DNA of 22,064 bases, from assembly GCA_036770165.1 (NCBI GenBank), contig DAIPJR010000004.1:1-22064 (forward strand). Direction: 5' to 3'. Numbering within the stretch: position 1 is the stretch's first letter; every line of letters begins with the position of its first letter. Below are positions 1 to 9,189 of the stretch, one piece after another. The notes below the pieces were generated by a model. The model did not search any database. It saw nothing but the letters and a program-made list of their open reading frames with translations, and had not been told where the DNA came from. This stretch comes from Actinomycetes bacterium. GTDB taxonomy: Bacteria; Actinomycetota; Actinomycetes; Prado026. Made by a program: the position numbers and the translations under genes.

Positions 1-124
1 CAAACCGATGGGCTTGCGCGTGACCCGGCTGGCGAGCGGCCTGCCGGTGGGCGGCGACCTCGAGTATGCCGACGAGGTCACGCTCGGCCGAGCGTTCGAA
101 GGAAGGCGGCTGCTCGATGTCTGA
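1..124 (+). CDS. recR: Recombination protein RecR, C-terminal fragment (5' end lies outside the window)
   Basis: Frame 2 translates as ...[32 protein letters not shown], matching the conserved RecR C-terminus. Stop TGA at 122-124. Confidence 0.75.
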   Translation, partial: KPMGLRVTRLASGLPVGGDLEYADEVTLGRAFEGRRLLDV

Positions 125-674
125 GCTGGACGAGTTCTCCCGCGACATCGCGGCGCATGTACGTACGTATCTCGCCGGCGTGCACGAGATCGCGACCGGG
201 GAGTCCCCCGAGACCGCGGTGAGCGGGCTGATCGTGCAGCTGGCCCAGATCTCGATGGCCGGCGCCATGCTCGGGGCGGTGAGCGACATCGTCCCGCCGG
301 ACCGGTTCGAGGAGGACACGGGGCCCGACCCGGACGGCGACCCGCTGCGCGAGTCGCTCGGCCGCCTGCTCGAGGGCCTCGACGAGTACGCGTCGGTGTT
401 CGACCCGCTGGTGCCGGAGCGGCCGGTCCACGGCCGGGTGTCCGACGACGTCGCCGACGTGGCCATCGAGCTGGCCCACGGCGTACGCCATCACGAGGCC
501 GGGCGCTTCGAGGAGGCGCTGTGGTGGTGGCAGTTCTCCTACCTCTCGCACTGGGGTGCGCAGGCACTGAACGCCCAGCGGGCGCTGCTGTCGATCGTCG
601 CCCACCAGCGGCTCGACTCCGAGGACGAGACTGCGTCGGCCGCCGAGGTCGATGCCCTACTGCGCGAGGGCTGA
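117..674 (+). CDS. Conserved hypothetical protein (DUF5063-like), recR-linked
   Basis: ATG at 117 begins [18 protein letters not shown]... and overlaps the recR stop in the sequence ATGTCTGA. The ORF-track start at 66 is probably too early. The position between recR and ask matches actinomycete synteny. Confidence 0.6.
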   Translation: MSELDEFSRDIAAHVRTYLAGVHEIATGESPETAVSGLIVQLAQISMAGAMLGAVSDIVPPDRFEEDTGPDPDGDPLRESLGRLLEGLDEYASVFDPLVPERPVHGRVSDDVADVAIELAHGVRHHEAGRFEEALWWWQFSYLSHWGAQALNAQRALLSIVAHQRLDSEDETASAAEVDALLREG

Positions 675-725
675 TCGGGGGCCCGGTATCCTGGTCCTTC
701 CGCCTTGGATTCCCCCTGAGGAGAC

Positions 726-2015
726 GTGCGCCCCGTGGCCCTCGTGGTGCAGAAGTACGGCGGTTCGTCCGTCGCCGATGCCGCGTGCGTCAAGCGGGTC
801 GCGCAGCGCATCGTGGCCTCGAAGAAGAACGGTTACGACGTGGTCGTCGTCGTGTCCGCGATGGGCGACAGCACCGACGAGCTGATCGAGCTGGCCGAGC
901 AGGTCTCGCCGCACCCGCCGGCGCGCGAGCTGGACATGCTGCTCACCGCTGGGGAGCGCATCTCGATGGCCGTCCTGGCGATGGCGATCTCCGACCTCGG
1001 GGTCGAGGCCCGCTCGTTCACCGGAAGCCAGGCCGGGGTCATCACCGACGCGGTGCACGGCAAGGCGCGGATCATCGACGTGACCCCTGGCCGGATCCGG
1101 AGCGCGCTCGACAAGGGCGCCGTCGCGATCGTGGCCGGGTTCCAGGGCGTCAGCCAGGACACGAAGGACATCACCACCCTCGGCCGCGGCGGCTCGGACA
1201 CGACCGCGGTGGCGCTGGCCGCCGCGCTCGACGCCGAGGTCTGCGAGATCTACACCGACGTCGACGGGGTGTTCTCGGCCGACCCGCGCATCGTCCCGAG
1301 GGCCCGGCGCCTCGACCGCATCACCTACGAGGAGATGCTGGAGATGGCGGCCAGCGGGGCCAAGGTCCTGCACCTGCGCTGCGTCGAGTACGCCCGGCGC
1401 TTCGACCTGCCGATCCACGTACGGTCCTCGTTCAGCGATCGCGAGGGCACCTGGGTGGTCTCCGACCGCAGCACCGGACAAGAGAGGGAAGACGTGGAGC
1501 AGCCGATCATCTCGGGGGTCGCCCACGACCGCAGCGAGGCCAAGGTGACGGTCGTCGGCGTCCCCGACCGGCCGGGCGAGGCCGCGGCCATCTTCGAGAC
1601 CGTGGCCGGGGCCGAGGTCAACATCGACATGATCGTCCAGAACGTGTCGGCCGAGCTCACCGGGCGTACGGACATCACCTTCACGCTGCCCAAGAGCGAG
1701 GGCGACCGCGCGATGGCGGCTCTGGCCGCGCGGCAGGACGACATCGGGTTCGAGTCGCTGAAGTACGACGCCGGTATCGGCAAGATCTCCCTGGTCGGCG
1801 CCGGCATGCGCTCGCACCCGGGCGTCTCGGCCACGTTCTTCCGGGCGCTGGCCGACGCCGACGTCAACGTCGAGCTGATCTCGACGTCCGAGATCCGCAT
1901 CTCGGTGGTCTGCCGGGAGTCGGCGGTCAACGCCGCGGTGGAAGCGGTGCACACCGCGTTCGGCCTGGACGCCGAGAGCGGCGAGGCCGTCATCTACGGA
2001 GGGACCGGTCGATGA
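726..2015 (+). CDS. ask: Aspartokinase (alpha subunit, full length)
   Basis: GTG start follows the RBS GAGGAG. Translation carries KYGGSSV, the amino-acid kinase fold and C-terminal ACT repeats. The gene sits directly upstream of asd and overlaps it (ATGA). Confidence 0.9.
   Translation: MRPVALVVQKYGGSSVADAACVKRVAQRIVASKKNGYDVVVVVSAMGDSTDELIELAEQVSPHPPARELDMLLTAGERISMAVLAMAISDLGVEARSFTGSQAGVITDAVHGKARIIDVTPGRIRSALDKGAVAIVAGFQGVSQDTKDITTLGRGGSDTTAVALAAALDAEVCEIYTDVDGVFSADPRIVPRARRLDRITYEEMLEMAASGAKVLHLRCVEYARRFDLPIHVRSSFSDREGTWVVSDRSTGQEREDVEQPIISGVAHDRSEAKVTVVGVPDRPGEAAAIFETVAGAEVNIDMIVQNVSAELTGRTDITFTLPKSEGDRAMAALAARQDDIGFESLKYDAGIGKISLVGAGMRSHPGVSATFFRALADADVNVELISTSEIRISVVCRESAVNAAVEAVHTAFGLDAESGEAVIYGGTGR
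1494..2015 (+). CDS. ask: Aspartokinase beta subunit (internal in-frame start within ask)
   Basis: An in-frame GTG at 1494 is preceded by the RBS GAGAGGGAAG. It begins (M)[22 protein letters not shown], the classical start of the ACT-domain beta subunit in Corynebacterium and Mycobacterium lysC/ask. Confidence 0.55.
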   Translation: MEQPIISGVAHDRSEAKVTVVGVPDRPGEAAAIFETVAGAEVNIDMIVQNVSAELTGRTDITFTLPKSEGDRAMAALAARQDDIGFESLKYDAGIGKISLVGAGMRSHPGVSATFFRALADADVNVELISTSEIRISVVCRESAVNAAVEAVHTAFGLDAESGEAVIYGGTGR

Positions 2016-3076
2016 CCGCGCGCAGCCGGAACAGCAAGCCCACGCTGGCGGTCGTCGGTGCCACCGGCGCCGTCGGAACCGTCATGCTCGACCTCCTCTC
2101 GACCCGCACCGACGTCTGGGGCGAGATCCGGCTGGTCGCCTCGGCGCGGTCGGCGGGCAAGCGGCTGTCCGTGCGTGGCGAGGACGTCGAGGTGCTGGCA
2201 CTCGCGCCCCAGGTGTTCGACGGGGTCGACGTCGCGATGTTCGACGTGCCCGACGAGGTGTCCGCGCAATGGGCTCCCGTGGCGGCCGCCCGAGGTGCGG
2301 TGGCGGTGGACAACTCCGGCGCCTTCCGGATGGATCCTGACGTGCCGCTCGTCGTGCCAGAGGTCAATCCCGAGCAGGCCCGCGTACGACCCAAGGGGAT
2401 CATCAGCAACCCCAACTGCACGACGCTGTCGATGATCGTTGCGGTCAGTGCGCTGCACCGGCGCTACGGGCTCCGTGAGCTCGTCGTCGCGTCCTACCAG
2501 GCCGCGTCCGGAGCAGGGCAGGCGGGCATCGACACGCTCCGCGCGCAGCTGGTCAAGGCGGCCGACGACCCGGACATCGGGACCCGTCCCGGCGATGTCC
2601 GCCAGGTCGTCGGGGACTTCGGTCCGTTCCCGGCACCGCTGGCGATGAACGTGGTGCCCTGGGCCGGCTCCCTGCGCGACGGCGGCTGGTCGAGCGAGGA
2701 GCTCAAGGTCCGCGGCGAGTCGCGCAAGATCCTCGGGCTGCCCGACCTCAAGGTCTCAGCCACCTGCGTACGCGTCCCGGTGATCACCACCCACTCTCTC
2801 GCCGTGCATGCCGTCTTCGAGCGCGAGCCGTCGCAGGCCGACGCGCAGCAGATCCTGCGGGACTCCGCGGGGGTGCTGCTGGTCGACAACCCCGAGCTGG
2901 GTGAGTTCCCCACGCCGGCCGACGCGGTGGGCACCGACCCGACGTGGGTGGGCCGGGTACGCACCTCGCTGGACGACCCGTACGCACTGGAGCTGTTCGT
3001 GTGCGGGGACAACCTGCGCAAGGGCGCTGCGCTCAACACCGCCCAGATCGCCGAGCTGGTCGCGGCCGAGCTCTGA
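2012..3076 (+). CDS. asd: Aspartate-semialdehyde dehydrogenase
   Basis: ATG overlaps the ask stop (ATGA). Translation shows VVGATGAVG (NAD(P)-binding site), NPNCTT (active-site Cys) and SYQAASGAG. Confidence 0.92.
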   Translation: MTARSRNSKPTLAVVGATGAVGTVMLDLLSTRTDVWGEIRLVASARSAGKRLSVRGEDVEVLALAPQVFDGVDVAMFDVPDEVSAQWAPVAAARGAVAVDNSGAFRMDPDVPLVVPEVNPEQARVRPKGIISNPNCTTLSMIVAVSALHRRYGLRELVVASYQAASGAGQAGIDTLRAQLVKAADDPDIGTRPGDVRQVVGDFGPFPAPLAMNVVPWAGSLRDGGWSSEELKVRGESRKILGLPDLKVSATCVRVPVITTHSLAVHAVFEREPSQADAQQILRDSAGVLLVDNPELGEFPTPADAVGTDPTWVGRVRTSLDDPYALELFVCGDNLRKGAALNTAQIAELVAAEL

Positions 3077-3122
3077 CCCGGCAAGGGCGCTGGCGCTCGC
3101 CACCAAACGGCCGGCCCACGGG

Positions 3123-3149
3123 TGTCGATTCCCATCGGTGCCGTACGTC
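3123..3149 (+). promoter_or_regulatory. Candidate ECF-type promoter, TGTCGA-N17-CGTC, upstream of the YciI-like/ECF sigma pair
   Basis: TGTCGA at 3123-3128, a 17-nt spacer, then CGTC at 3146-3149, about 50 nt upstream of the ATG at 3202. This resembles the -35/-10 pattern I recall for ECF41/ECF42-group sigma factors. Recalled from memory and not verified. Confidence 0.35.
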
Positions 3150-3201
3150 GTGATGATGTGACGGCGGCACGAGGCCGCCAGCGACCCGACGGAGACCTCT
3201 G

Positions 3202-3561
3202 ATGCGCTACATGCTGCTGATCTTCACGAACCCGGAGAACTGGGCCGTTCTGAGCGAGGCCGAGACCGGCGCGATGTACGGCGAGTACGCCGCGTTCACC
3301 CAGCGGATCGTCGACTCCGGCGAGTTCGTCTCTGGCGACCCGCTGCAGGGCCCGGAGACGGCGACGACGGTACGGGTCCGAGCCGGCGCACGCTCGAGCA
3401 CGGACGGTCCGTTCGTCGAGACCAAGGAGCACCTGGCCGGCTACTACGTCGTCGAGTGCGCGAGCCTGGACCGGGCGCTGGAGCTGGCGGCCGAGATCCC
3501 GGACGCGAAGTTCTCCGGCATCGAGGTGCGGCCGCTCGCCGACATGACGATGCCGAGCTAG
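3202..3561 (+). CDS. YciI-like / DGPF-domain protein
   Basis: 119 aa containing a literal DGPF motif (STDGPFVETKEHLAGYYVVE). This is the typical partner encoded just upstream of ECF42-group sigma factors. Confidence 0.8.
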   Translation: MRYMLLIFTNPENWAVLSEAETGAMYGEYAAFTQRIVDSGEFVSGDPLQGPETATTVRVRAGARSSTDGPFVETKEHLAGYYVVECASLDRALELAAEIPDAKFSGIEVRPLADMTMPS

Positions 3562-3596
3562 TCGAGCGGTTCGCTCGGGCGAGGACCGAGACGTCG

Positions 3597-4922
3597 ATGG
3601 CCGAGGGCGCGGGGGTGACCGAGGACCTGTTCCGATCCGAGTCGGTACGGGTCCTCGGTTCCCTCATGCGCCGGTTCGGCAACCTGGACCTCGCCGAGGA
3701 CGCCTACCAGGACGCGTGCGTCGCCGCGCTGGAGACGTGGCCGCGGGACGGTACGCCGGCCAACCCCGGTGCCTGGCTCACGACCGTGGCCGGCAACCGG
3801 GCGCTCGACCGGATCCGCCGCGAGTCGGCGAGGCTGCCCAAGGAGGTCGAGGCCTCCGGGCTGCGACCGGGCTGGGGCCGGCGGGCCGCCTCCGCGCTCG
3901 AGGCCATCGACCTGACGGCCGGGCTGGAGGTTGACGGCGAGCCCGTCGACGCCCCGCTCGCCGACGACCAGCTGCGGCTGCTGTTCCTGTGCTGCCACCC
4001 CGCCCTCGCGTCCGAGGCGCAGATCGCGCTGACGCTTCGTACCGTCGGCGGACTCACGACCGGCGAGATCGCGCGTGCCTACCTGGTCCCGGAGTCGACG
4101 ATGGCCCAGCGCCTCGTCCGCGCCAAGCGAAAGATCGTGCTCGCCGGGATCCCGTTCCGGCTGCCCGAGGGGGACGAGCTGGCGGCCCGTACTGCGGCCG
4201 TCCTGCAGGTCGTCTACCTGGTCTTCAACGAGGGGTATGCGGCCAGCGGTACCGACACCGTGGTCCGCACCGACCTGTGCGTCGAGGCGGTACGGCTGTC
4301 GGCGCTGCTGGAGCAGCTGCTGCCGAAGGACGCCGAGGTCATCGGCCTCCGGGCCCTGCTGCTGCTGCACGACGCGCGCCGGGCCGCCCGGGTGGACAGC
4401 ACCGGGCGGCTTGTACCGCTGGACGAGCAGGACCGTGCGCAGTGGAGCTCGGCGCAGATCGCCCGCGGAGTCGCGATGGTGGAGCGGGCGCTGCAGCTCG
4501 GCCCGGTCGGCCCGTACCAGCTGCAGGCGTCGATCGCCGCCCTGCACGCCGAGGCTGAGTCGCCGCAGGCCACCGACTGGCCGCAGATCGTCGAGCTGTA
4601 CTCGCTCCTGGCGCGCATCGCCCCCGGGCCGCTCGTGACGCTGAACCGGGGGGTGGCCGTGGCGATGTGCGACGGGCCGGCGGCCGGCCTCGCCCTGCTC
4701 GACGCCCTCGAAGGATCGGGCGAGCTGGCCGGGCACCACCGGCTGCCGTCGGCCCGCGCACACCTGCTGGAGCAGCTCGGCCGGCGTAGCGACGCGCTGG
4801 CCGCGTACGACGCCGCGCTGGCCCTGGTCGACAACTCACCGGAGCGGGCCTACCTCACCGAGCGCCGCTCCCGCCTCTCCCGCCCTTCCCCGCCGATCGA
4901 GACGCTAGGCGAGGATCCGTGA
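3597..4922 (+). CDS. ECF sigma factor with a long C-terminal extension (ECF42-like, about 440 aa)
   Basis: Sigma-70 region 2 (DLAEDAYQDACVAALETW...AWLTTVAGNRALDRIRRE) and region 4 (LTTGEIARAYLVPESTMAQRLVRAKRKI) are followed by a roughly 250-aa helical TPR-like tail. The start could be ATG 3597 or GTG 3615. Confidence 0.8.
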   Translation: MAEGAGVTEDLFRSESVRVLGSLMRRFGNLDLAEDAYQDACVAALETWPRDGTPANPGAWLTTVAGNRALDRIRRESARLPKEVEASGLRPGWGRRAASALEAIDLTAGLEVDGEPVDAPLADDQLRLLFLCCHPALASEAQIALTLRTVGGLTTGEIARAYLVPESTMAQRLVRAKRKIVLAGIPFRLPEGDELAARTAAVLQVVYLVFNEGYAASGTDTVVRTDLCVEAVRLSALLEQLLPKDAEVIGLRALLLLHDARRAARVDSTGRLVPLDEQDRAQWSSAQIARGVAMVERALQLGPVGPYQLQASIAALHAEAESPQATDWPQIVELYSLLARIAPGPLVTLNRGVAVAMCDGPAAGLALLDALEGSGELAGHHRLPSARAHLLEQLGRRSDALAAYDAALALVDNSPERAYLTERRSRLSRPSPPIETLGEDP

Positions 4923-7403
4923 CCTCGTCGGGTCGTACGGCGGCTTCAGGCTCAGCCGGGCGGTCACGTGCTGCTCGGCGCAGTCGACGACGAACGTGGT
5001 CGACGCGAGCCACTCCGCCGTGACACCGTCCGCATGGTCGACGACCGCGAGCCCCACCGCGCCGCCCAGGGTGTAGCCATAGCCGGCCGCCCGGACGTAG
5101 CCCACCCACCTGCCATCGACCAGCAGGGGCTCATTGCCGAACAGCTGGACGGCGGGGTCGTCGAGGACGAGCGACACCATGGCGCTTCTGCGGGCGCCAG
5201 CCGCGCGCCGGGCGAGCAACGCGTCGCGCCCGACGAAGCCGCCGGGCTTGTCCCAGGCGACGGCGAAGCCGAGGCCGGCCGTCACCGGGTCGTCGGTGTT
5301 GTCGATGTCCACGCCGAAGTCGCGGTAGCCCTTCTCGAGCCGCAGCCCGCCCATGGCTGCCAGGCCTACCGGCCGGATGCCGAGATCGGTGCCGGCGGCC
5401 ATCAGCGAGTCGTAGAGCGCGGGCGCGTACTCGGTCGGTACGTGCAGCTCCCAGCCGAGCTCGCCGACGTACGTGACGCGCAGCGCGAGCACGCGGGCGT
5501 AGTCGAGCTCGATGGTCTGCGCGGTGAGGTACGGGAAGGCGTCGTTCGAGAGGTCGGCCGTGGTCAGCCGCGACAGCAGGTCGCGCGAGCGCGGTCCCTG
5601 GACGGACAGCAGGACCGTGCCCGAGGTGACGTCGGTGACGTAGACCTGTTCCCCAGCAACGGTTTCCCGCCGGATCATCGCGCGAACGCGGCGGTGGATG
5701 ATGTCGGAGGCGACGACGAGGAACTGCTCGTCGTCGAGCCGGGTGACCGTGAGGTCGGCCTGGATGCCACCGGAATGGTCGAGCCACTGGGTGTAGACGA
5801 CGCGGCCCACCTCGCGGGCCACGTCACCGGCCGAGAGCCGTCCCAGAACCGCCGCGGCGGCCGGTCCCTGGACGAGGTGCTTGGACATCAGCGTCATGTC
5901 CATGACACCCACCGCTTCGCGGACGGCCCGGTGCTCGGCGCCCACGAGGTCGAACGATGCCTGCCGCTCGAAGCTCATCGCGGGGTCGGCCGGGGTGACG
6001 CCGGGCCCCGCGAACCACTCCGGGTACTCCCAGCCGGCCGAGACGCCGAAGCGTGCCCCGGCCGCCATGAGCCGCTCGTGCAGCGGAGACCGCCGCACCC
6101 CTCTGGCCGTCGAGGGCGACCAGCCGGGGAAGGCCGCGTCGCCGAAGAGCACGCCGAGCTGCTCGACCGTACGTTCCGAGCGGAACCGGCGCGACACCTC
6201 GTGCGGCAGCGCCCGCTCGACCGCGTAGTGCGCCACGTCGACCGGCGGCACGCCGTCGACCAGCCACTGCGCGACGACCGATCCCACGCCGCCACCGAGC
6301 AGGATGCCGAGCGAGTTGAGCCCCGCGGCGACCCAGAAGTTGTCGAGCTCCGGCGCCGGCCCGAGCATCGGGTGCACGTCAGGGGTGAAGCTCTCCGGGC
6401 CGCAGAAGAACTTGCGGATGCCCACGTCGGTGAGCACCGGGATGCGCGCCATGGCCGCCTCGAGGTAGGGGCCGACGCGGTCCCAGTCGGGCGGCAGCTC
6501 GCCGAAGGCGAACTCGCGCGGCGCGCCGTCGATGCACCACGGCCCGGCCACCGGCTCGAACAGGCCGACGAGCAGCCCGTCGCCCTCCTCGCGGTAGTAC
6601 CCGTACCGGTCCGGGTCCTCGATGACCGGGAGGTCGCGGTGGACGCCCTCGAACGGCTCGGTCAGCAGGTAGTAGTGCTCGGCGGCCTGGAGCGGCACGT
6701 CGACCCCGGCCAGTGCCCCCACCTCGCGCCCCCACAGGCCTGCGCAGTTGACGACGTACTCGGCCTCGACCGTGCCGCGGTCCGTCACGACCCCCGTGAC
6801 GCGGCCGCCGGTTCGGGTGAAGCCGGTGACCGGAACGCCCTCGACGATCCGGGCGCCGCCCATGCGCGCACCCTTGGCCAGCGACATGCAGACGTCGACC
6901 GGGTTGGCCCGGCCCTCGTCGGCGACATGGAACCCGGCGAGGATGTCGTCGACCTTGGCGAACGGCCACATCGCCGCGACCTCAGCGGCGGAGATCTCGT
7001 TGTCCTCGACGCCGAACCCGCGCGCGAACGCGGCCTCGCGGCGCAGCGCTTCCAACCGGGCCGGGGTCGTCGCGAGCGAGATGTGCCCGATCGGCCGGAA
7101 TCCGGTGGAGAGTCCGGTCTCCTGCTCCAGTCCCGCGTACAGGTCCCGCGAGTAGCGGCTCATCCACAGCGCGGTCTCGTCGGCCATGCCGGCCGAGGTG
7201 ATGAGGCCGGCGGCGTGCCAGGTGGTCCCTGACGTCAGCTGGTGCCGCTCGAGCAGCAGCACGTCCCGCCAGCCGAGCCTGGTCAGGTGGTAGGCGACGC
7301 TCGCCCCGATGACCCCGCCGCCGACGATGACGACCTGAGCGCGTTCGGGCAGCGACGACGAGGGGGAGGCGGGCGTGACGGTCATGGCTGAATCATCGTT
7401 CAA
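4905..7403 (-). CDS. Dimethylglycine/sarcosine dehydrogenase family flavoenzyme (DAO FAD domain plus GcvT-like folate-binding domain)
   Basis: N-terminus has VVIVGGGVIGASVAYHL (Rossmann fold) and SGTTWHAAGL, the covalent-FAD histidine motif. The C-terminal half resembles an aminomethyltransferase (GcvT) domain. 832 aa. Start is TTG at 7403 or ATG at 7385. Confidence 0.85.
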   Translation of the reverse strand: MNDDSAMTVTPASPSSSLPERAQVVIVGGGVIGASVAYHLTRLGWRDVLLLERHQLTSGTTWHAAGLITSAGMADETALWMSRYSRDLYAGLEQETGLSTGFRPIGHISLATTPARLEALRREAAFARGFGVEDNEISAAEVAAMWPFAKVDDILAGFHVADEGRANPVDVCMSLAKGARMGGARIVEGVPVTGFTRTGGRVTGVVTDRGTVEAEYVVNCAGLWGREVGALAGVDVPLQAAEHYYLLTEPFEGVHRDLPVIEDPDRYGYYREEGDGLLVGLFEPVAGPWCIDGAPREFAFGELPPDWDRVGPYLEAAMARIPVLTDVGIRKFFCGPESFTPDVHPMLGPAPELDNFWVAAGLNSLGILLGGGVGSVVAQWLVDGVPPVDVAHYAVERALPHEVSRRFRSERTVEQLGVLFGDAAFPGWSPSTARGVRRSPLHERLMAAGARFGVSAGWEYPEWFAGPGVTPADPAMSFERQASFDLVGAEHRAVREAVGVMDMTLMSKHLVQGPAAAAVLGRLSAGDVAREVGRVVYTQWLDHSGGIQADLTVTRLDDEQFLVVASDIIHRRVRAMIRRETVAGEQVYVTDVTSGTVLLSVQGPRSRDLLSRLTTADLSNDAFPYLTAQTIELDYARVLALRVTYVGELGWELHVPTEYAPALYDSLMAAGTDLGIRPVGLAAMGGLRLEKGYRDFGVDIDNTDDPVTAGLGFAVAWDKPGGFVGRDALLARRAAGARRSAMVSLVLDDPAVQLFGNEPLLVDGRWVGYVRAAGYGYTLGGAVGLAVVDHADGVTAEWLASTTFVVDCAEQHVTARLSLKPPYDPTRSRILA

Positions 7404-7423
7404 TACCCGCCCCCCGCGCTAGG

Positions 7424-7466
7424 CCTGACGATTCGTTTGATCTACTACGCCGAATCGTCCAGCTAG
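7424..7466. repeat. Copy 1 of a roughly 40-nt hairpin-forming repeat, core cctgacgattcgtttgatcta
   Basis: The 21-mer is identical to 15491-15511. A 9-bp inverted repeat GACGATTCG / CGAATCGTC lies at 7427-7435 and 7451-7459. The element sits 6 nt after the SIMPL gene stop and 20-38 nt before the dehydrogenase start. Confidence 0.7.
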
Positions 7467-7471
7467 TGGCC

Positions 7472-8335
7472 TCACCCGAAGGCGAACACCACCGTGACGG
7501 TCACGGTCACGTCCTGGGACCCGGCGGCGATCGGCGCGGACGCAGCGCCAGAGACCGCCACGGGCGACATCGTGTCGTACTGGTAGACGGGCGACGGGTT
7601 CGTGACGACCTCGGAGATGCTGATGACGGATCCGAGGGAGCGACTCGCGGCTCGCGCGTACTGCTCGGCCTTCGTCTTCGCGTCGACGAACGCGTGGTCC
7701 CGGGCGGCCGAGACGAGGGCGCCGGTGTCCTCGAGGTCGAGGCTGATCCCGTTGATGCGTACGGAGTTCCCGCCGGCCGCGGCGGCGGACGTGATCACCT
7801 GGCCGGCCTTGCCGAGGTCACGCAGCTTGGCGGTGACGCCTTCGGTCACGACGTACCCGTGCGGGATCGGCTGGCCGGACTTGCCGTACGAGTAGTCCGG
7901 CTGGATGGACAGGCCCGAGGTCTGGAGGTCCTTGTCGGCCACGCCTCCGGCCCGCAGCGCCTTCTGCACCCTGGCCTCGATCGTGCTGGCGCTGCCGAGC
8001 GCCGCGGAGACGCTGCTGCCGTTGGCCGTGACGCCGAGGTCCAGCACGAGCGTGTCGGGCTTGCCCGTCACCTTGCCGAGGCCGGTGACGGTGATCCCGC
8101 TCGGCTGGCTGGTGCCGGTGGGCCCGGCCGCGACGGCTGAACCGCCGGTGCCCGCCGCGCCGTTCCCCGACGTGGTGGCAGCGGAGGCGACCGATCCGCC
8201 GCTGTGCCAGGTACCCAGGAGGTACGCGACGATGAACGCGAGGGCCACGATGATGGCGGTGGCCGTCCGCCGAGGCGTCAGTGTGATCGTCATGGCGGTG
8301 GGACGGCTGCCGAAGGCGAGCGGTTCCGTCCGCAT
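7472..8335 (-). CDS. SIMPL-domain (DUF541) secreted or membrane-anchored protein
   Basis: N-terminal TM/signal anchor (TATAIIVALAFIVAYLLG), a Gly/Ser/Thr-rich linker, then a SIMPL-like body (GKPDTLVLDLGVTANG...GISLDL). An alternative ATG start lies at 8293. Confidence 0.65.
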   Translation of the reverse strand: MRTEPLAFGSRPTAMTITLTPRRTATAIIVALAFIVAYLLGTWHSGGSVASAATTSGNGAAGTGGSAVAAGPTGTSQPSGITVTGLGKVTGKPDTLVLDLGVTANGSSVSAALGSASTIEARVQKALRAGGVADKDLQTSGLSIQPDYSYGKSGQPIPHGYVVTEGVTAKLRDLGKAGQVITSAAAAGGNSVRINGISLDLEDTGALVSAARDHAFVDAKTKAEQYARAASRSLGSVISISEVVTNPSPVYQYDTMSPVAVSGAASAPIAAGSQDVTVTVTVVFAFG

Positions 8336-8376
8336 GCAGATGCGCCGCCTGCGCGGCCACCCGGGAGGTGGGGTTC

Positions 8377-9189
8377 ATGGAGGGGTTGCACCGGCTGGTC
8401 GGCTTCGGTGACCACGTCTACGTAGCGACGTCGCGGCGCTACCTCACGCTGTCCACCGTCGTCCTCGACGGTCAGGGTGGTGCGCTGGTCGTCGACCCCG
8501 CCTGGGACGAGGACGAGCTGGCGGCGATACCAGCCGACCTTCTGGCGCTCGGGCTGGTGGCCGTGGCCGGGCTGGCGACGCACGTCCACTACGACCACGT
8601 CCTGTGGCACCCCGACCTCGGTACGGTCCCGCGCTGGACCTCACCGTGGACGGCCAAGGCGGTGGTCGACCACCGGGACGAGGTGCTCCGCCCGCTCCTC
8701 GGCGACCTGCCCGACGAGCTCCTCGGGCTGGCGGCTCGGCTCGAGCCCCTGCCGGACCGCGCAACGGCTCCGCCCACCTACGTCGTGCCCTGGTCCGGCC
8801 CGGAGCTGCTCTGCCACCAGCACGACGCGCACGCGCCTGCCCACATCGCGGTCGAGATCGTAGCCGCGCGCGTCCTGCTGGCCGGTGACATGCTCAGCGA
8901 CGCCGAGCTGCCGATGCCGGACGACCACGACATGACGCTGGAGCCGTACCTCGCCGGGCTCGACCTGCTGGCGCCGATCGTCGCCCGCGTCGACCTCCTC
9001 GTGCCGGGGCATGGCACGCCGACGTACGAACCAGTCGCACGGCTCGACGCCGACCGGCGGTACCTGGACGCTGTCCTCTCGGGGCGACGGGTCGACGACG
9101 CGCGGCTCGGCTACCCGGACATGGCCGAGCTGCACGAGGCCAACCTGCGCCGGGCCCGAGGCGAGCCGGCCCTCGGTGAGCCTGTCTAG
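8377..9189 (+). CDS. MBL-fold metallo-hydrolase
   Basis: RBS GGGAGG sits 8 nt before the ATG at 8377. Carries the THVHYDH metal-binding motif and a later HGTP His. The stop shares a CTAG tetranucleotide with the convergent downstream gene. Confidence 0.75.
   Translation: MEGLHRLVGFGDHVYVATSRRYLTLSTVVLDGQGGALVVDPAWDEDELAAIPADLLALGLVAVAGLATHVHYDHVLWHPDLGTVPRWTSPWTAKAVVDHRDEVLRPLLGDLPDELLGLAARLEPLPDRATAPPTYVVPWSGPELLCHQHDAHAPAHIAVEIVAARVLLAGDMLSDAELPMPDDHDMTLEPYLAGLDLLAPIVARVDLLVPGHGTPTYEPVARLDADRRYLDAVLSGRRVDDARLGYPDMAELHEANLRRARGEPALGEPV

Noticed and set aside
657-1952. 431-aa minus-strand ORF antisense to ask
   Set aside because: Low-complexity Arg/Gly/Asp-rich composition. The plus strand carries an unmistakable aspartokinase.
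521-3076. 851-aa plus-strand ORF spanning the ask region and asd
   Set aside because: Only the last roughly 355 aa (from ATG 2012) are the real asd. The upstream 500 aa are Arg/Gly/Pro-rich GC-bias read-through that overlaps the genuine ask gene in another frame.
4968-7232. 754-aa plus-strand ORF antisense to the dehydrogenase gene
   Set aside because: Typical high-GC antisense shadow ORF. The minus strand has clear DAO and GcvT domain signatures.
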